This document shows positions 43,727 to 46,044 of a DNA stretch of 46,044 bases, piece after piece. Under the pieces are notes generated by a model. That model was given only the letters and a program-made list of their open reading frames with translations, was not told the DNA's origin and ran no database searches. The stretch comes from Candidatus Hydrogenedentota bacterium (GTDB lineage: Bacteria > Hydrogenedentota > Hydrogenedentia > Hydrogenedentales > SLHB01): the NCBI GenBank assembly GCA_029974275.1, contig JARKSN010000208.1, positions 1 through 46,044 of the forward strand, written 5' to 3'. The translations under genes and the position numbers were made by a program. Position 1 is the first letter of the stretch, and each line of letters begins with the position of its first letter.

Positions 43727-45535
43727 TTACGTGTCGTAGCGCACCTCGAAAAACTCCACGGTTTCCTTGCCGGGGCCATCGCGTCGCGGCGTCTCAAGGC
43801 GTTTTAGCGGCGTGAAGTAGCGCGGCGATCCGCTCCATGTGCGCAACATCTCCAGCACCCCCGTCGCATAGAACCCCGGCGCCTCCTCGGCGTACGTCCA
43901 CGGTATCATCACATAACCGATCCGCCGCGCGCGCAACCATTCCACTTGTTGCAGCAGCCGCTTTCGGGGCAACTGCTTGACGGCCTCGAAATTCTGATAC
44001 GTTGGCGCATCGATGTAGTAGCTGCGCATGTCGAGCGTCAGGACAAGCCTGTCCTGGGCCAGGCTCTGCTGTCCGATCCAACGAAACGCGGGATACCGCT
44101 CGACGCGTCGCGTCAAATATGCGTCGCGCGATTCGCGGCCAAACACGACCGGCAATTTGAATGAAATCGCCGCCGCGTCGACGGCGAGACCAAAGGCGAA
44201 AGCCAGCAACAACAGCCCCGTCGTTAGGCGCCGCATGTCGAGCCGGCATGCCGCCGCCGCCGCAACCGCCATCATCGGCGCAAAAAAAGGCAACAGATAG
44301 CGCGCCAGATGCCGGAAAAAAAACATTCCCAGCCCGCCCGCTATTGCATACGCCGCGATCATGCGCGTTCGCCGGTTGCCCACAAATATCCCCGGCGCGC
44401 CCAGCAACAACACCAGCGCGCCCGGCGATTTGATCCACCCGTCGTACCGCTGCGGTCGCATCACGATATCCCACGGGAACATCACGAGACTTTTCAATCC
44501 CGCGTGGCGAATGCTTTCGTGCGTGCCAACAGACGTTATCTCGGCATCGGGCAGGACGCGGCTCGTGAAGACCTGCGTGAAAAAAGGGTAAACCGGATTA
44601 TGCGTCAGCGCGGCGCTGCGAGCGATCCATGGGGCGCTCGCAACCGCGACGAACGCGACAAAGACAAACGACGCCCGCAACCGTGCGCCGCGCGCGCATG
44701 CGAACACGCCTGCGGCCATCAATGCCGCCATGACGAATCCTGTGTGCCGAATGCCGCATGCCGATCCCGCGAGAAAACCGGCAAGCGCCAGCCAGCGCAA
44801 CAGACCGTTCCCGTTCCAGCGCACGATCGCCGCCAAGGCGGCCATTCCGGCGCCGGCGCACGCGAGATCGATGGACACAGTCCCCGCTTGATCGATGAAA
44901 ATCGGCGCGCTGGCCATGATCGCCGCCGCGAACAGGCCTGCCCGGCGTCCGTCCAACAGTCGCCCAAGCGCGTACGTCGCGCCGCAAGCGCCGGCGCCCG
45001 TCAACCAGCTCAGCAACGCCGCCGCCCGTTCCCCGCCGCCGAAATACGCCATCGTGAACAACGTGTGCATCAAATGCGGATAGGCTGAATACGCATTGCC
45101 CTCGTACGCCGTCATATGCCCCAGACGCACATAGGCCGCCGGCAACGCCAGATGCGCCACGCCCGCGTCCCACGAAGTCACGGGAGCCAATGCGGATATA
45201 AAAGACGCCAGCAATGCGCACGCCGTCGTAACGGCGGCGACCCGCTCCATCGGCGTGAACGGAGGCGCGGCGCCTTCCTCTTGCGCGGCAGCGCGCCTGT
45301 TTGTAGAGCGGCGTCCAAAAAGCTCATACGAGAGCAACACAAACGATACGGCATACAGCGCGTACAGCGAGGCTTCGATGGAAACGCTTGCGATCGGAAG
45401 GGCAATGGCGGCCCAGAGAAACAGACCGGCAAAAAAACGAAATGTCAACCCCTCGACGTTCACGCCCAGCCGGAACGGACGCAATACGACATTCCCCAGA
45501 ATCGCCGCTGTCAATGCCAACACACAAAACGACAT
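43727..45535 (-). CDS. GT-C fold (ArnT/GT39-like) membrane glycosyltransferase
   Basis: P..SWDA..AHL.LP first loop, YP..., PW..R......NPVYPF and ARYLLP motifs; many TM helices. Confidence 0.8.
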   Translation of the reverse strand: MSFCVLALTAAILGNVVLRPFRLGVNVEGLTFRFFAGLFLWAAIALPIASVSIEASLYALYAVSFVLLSYELFGRRSTNRRAAAQEEGAAPPFTPMERVAAVTTACALLASFISALAPVTSWDAGVAHLALPAAYVRLGHMTAYEGNAYSAYPHLMHTLFTMAYFGGGERAAALLSWLTGAGACGATYALGRLLDGRRAGLFAAAIMASAPIFIDQAGTVSIDLACAGAGMAALAAIVRWNGNGLLRWLALAGFLAGSACGIRHTGFVMAALMAAGVFACARGARLRASFVFVAFVAVASAPWIARSAALTHNPVYPFFTQVFTSRVLPDAEITSVGTHESIRHAGLKSLVMFPWDIVMRPQRYDGWIKSPGALVLLLGAPGIFVGNRRTRMIAAYAIAGGLGMFFFRHLARYLLPFFAPMMAVAAAAACRLDMRRLTTGLLLLAFAFGLAVDAAAISFKLPVVFGRESRDAYLTRRVERYPAFRWIGQQSLAQDRLVLTLDMRSYYIDAPTYQNFEAVKQLPRKRLLQQVEWLRARRIGYVMIPWTYAEEAPGFYATGVLEMLRTWSGSPRYFTPLKRLETPRRDGPGKETVEFFEVRYDT

Positions 45536-45973
45536 CGCTGCCCCCGTAACGCCTCAAACCGTCCCGTGAAACGCCCATGCCGCCGTGTCGCGCCTTCTCG
45601 GGAGCATGACGCGAAACGCCGGGCGGATTCCTCTCGCCAAGCGACGGCCCGCATATCCAAGGAGGCCATACATGACTCGTGCGGGACCGCCACGAATCGT
45701 TCCCTGCGATTCATCCTCGCGCACGATACCATGCCTCCGCTGCGAAAAAAAGCAGACCCAACGCCGCATGGAGGCAACGTTTCCCAAAGCGATTCGCCCC
45801 GAGAGAGAGCCGCGGATTCCTCCCAAACCGATCTTCGGATTCGAACGCTTGTGCCGCGCGTCCCGCAGCGCCCCTTGAAGATGCGCCGGACAATGCCGTA
45901 TTCTATTTCATCGCATTTACACAGGTTACCACCGTGTCTTGTGTTGGAATCCTATCTTCAAGGAGTGATGGAA

Positions 45974-46044
45974 ATGGCGAGGAACATTTACGAGAAGATT
46001 TGGGATGCGCATGTGGTGCATCAGGAGCCGGGGCAGGCGGCGAT
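45974..46044 (+). CDS. leuC: 3-isopropylmalate dehydratase large subunit, 5' part (truncated by the window edge)
   Basis: AGGAG RBS then MARNIYEKIWDAHVVHQEPG, matching the LeuC N-terminus. Confidence 0.8.
   Translation, partial: MARNIYEKIWDAHVVHQEPGQAA

Noticed and set aside
1..46044. CRISPR array, prophage, intact IS or anti-phage defence system
   Set aside because: No regularly spaced repeats and no cas, integrase, transposase, phage structural or recognisable defence genes were seen.

Overview
A high-GC, mostly chromosomal-backbone window from a diderm bacterium; gene content is loosely Hydrogenedentota/PVC-like, which is a low-confidence inference. Housekeeping content is zupT, a complete mreBCD-mrdA-rodA-(DUF2344)-rng cell-shape operon, tRNA-Ser(TGA), tRNA-Val(TAC), pdxJ, asd and the start of leuC. 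Envelope and glycosylation genes include a GT2-GT4 fusion, four GT-C-fold membrane glycosyltransferases (three with TPRs), a B12-dependent radical SAM enzyme, an SGNH hydrolase, a flippase and a LysM-M23 peptidase. The best candidate for an undescribed system is a four-gene minus-strand operon (24153-28858): Tat-exported Gfo/Idh/MocA oxidoreductase, membrane-anchored heptaheme cytochrome c with OTR-like heme spacing, small cytochrome b-like protein and secreted discoidin-domain protein. I read this as a putative periplasmic sugar-oxidising electron-transfer module. The window is also rich in intact pseudo-enzymes: an HtrA paralog lacking its catalytic Ser next to an active one, a signal-peptide rubrerythrin with its di-iron ligands replaced, a GH123/DUF4091-like protein lacking the DE dyad, and two pseudo-receiver proteins. 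Small mobile-element scars occur at 126-164, 16085-16160 and 24039-24142, there is a very AT-rich palindromic patch at about 30.2 kb, and GC skew appears to reverse across the window. No CRISPR array, rRNA, intact transposase or prophage was seen. All product calls come from motif recognition by eye; no database search was run.
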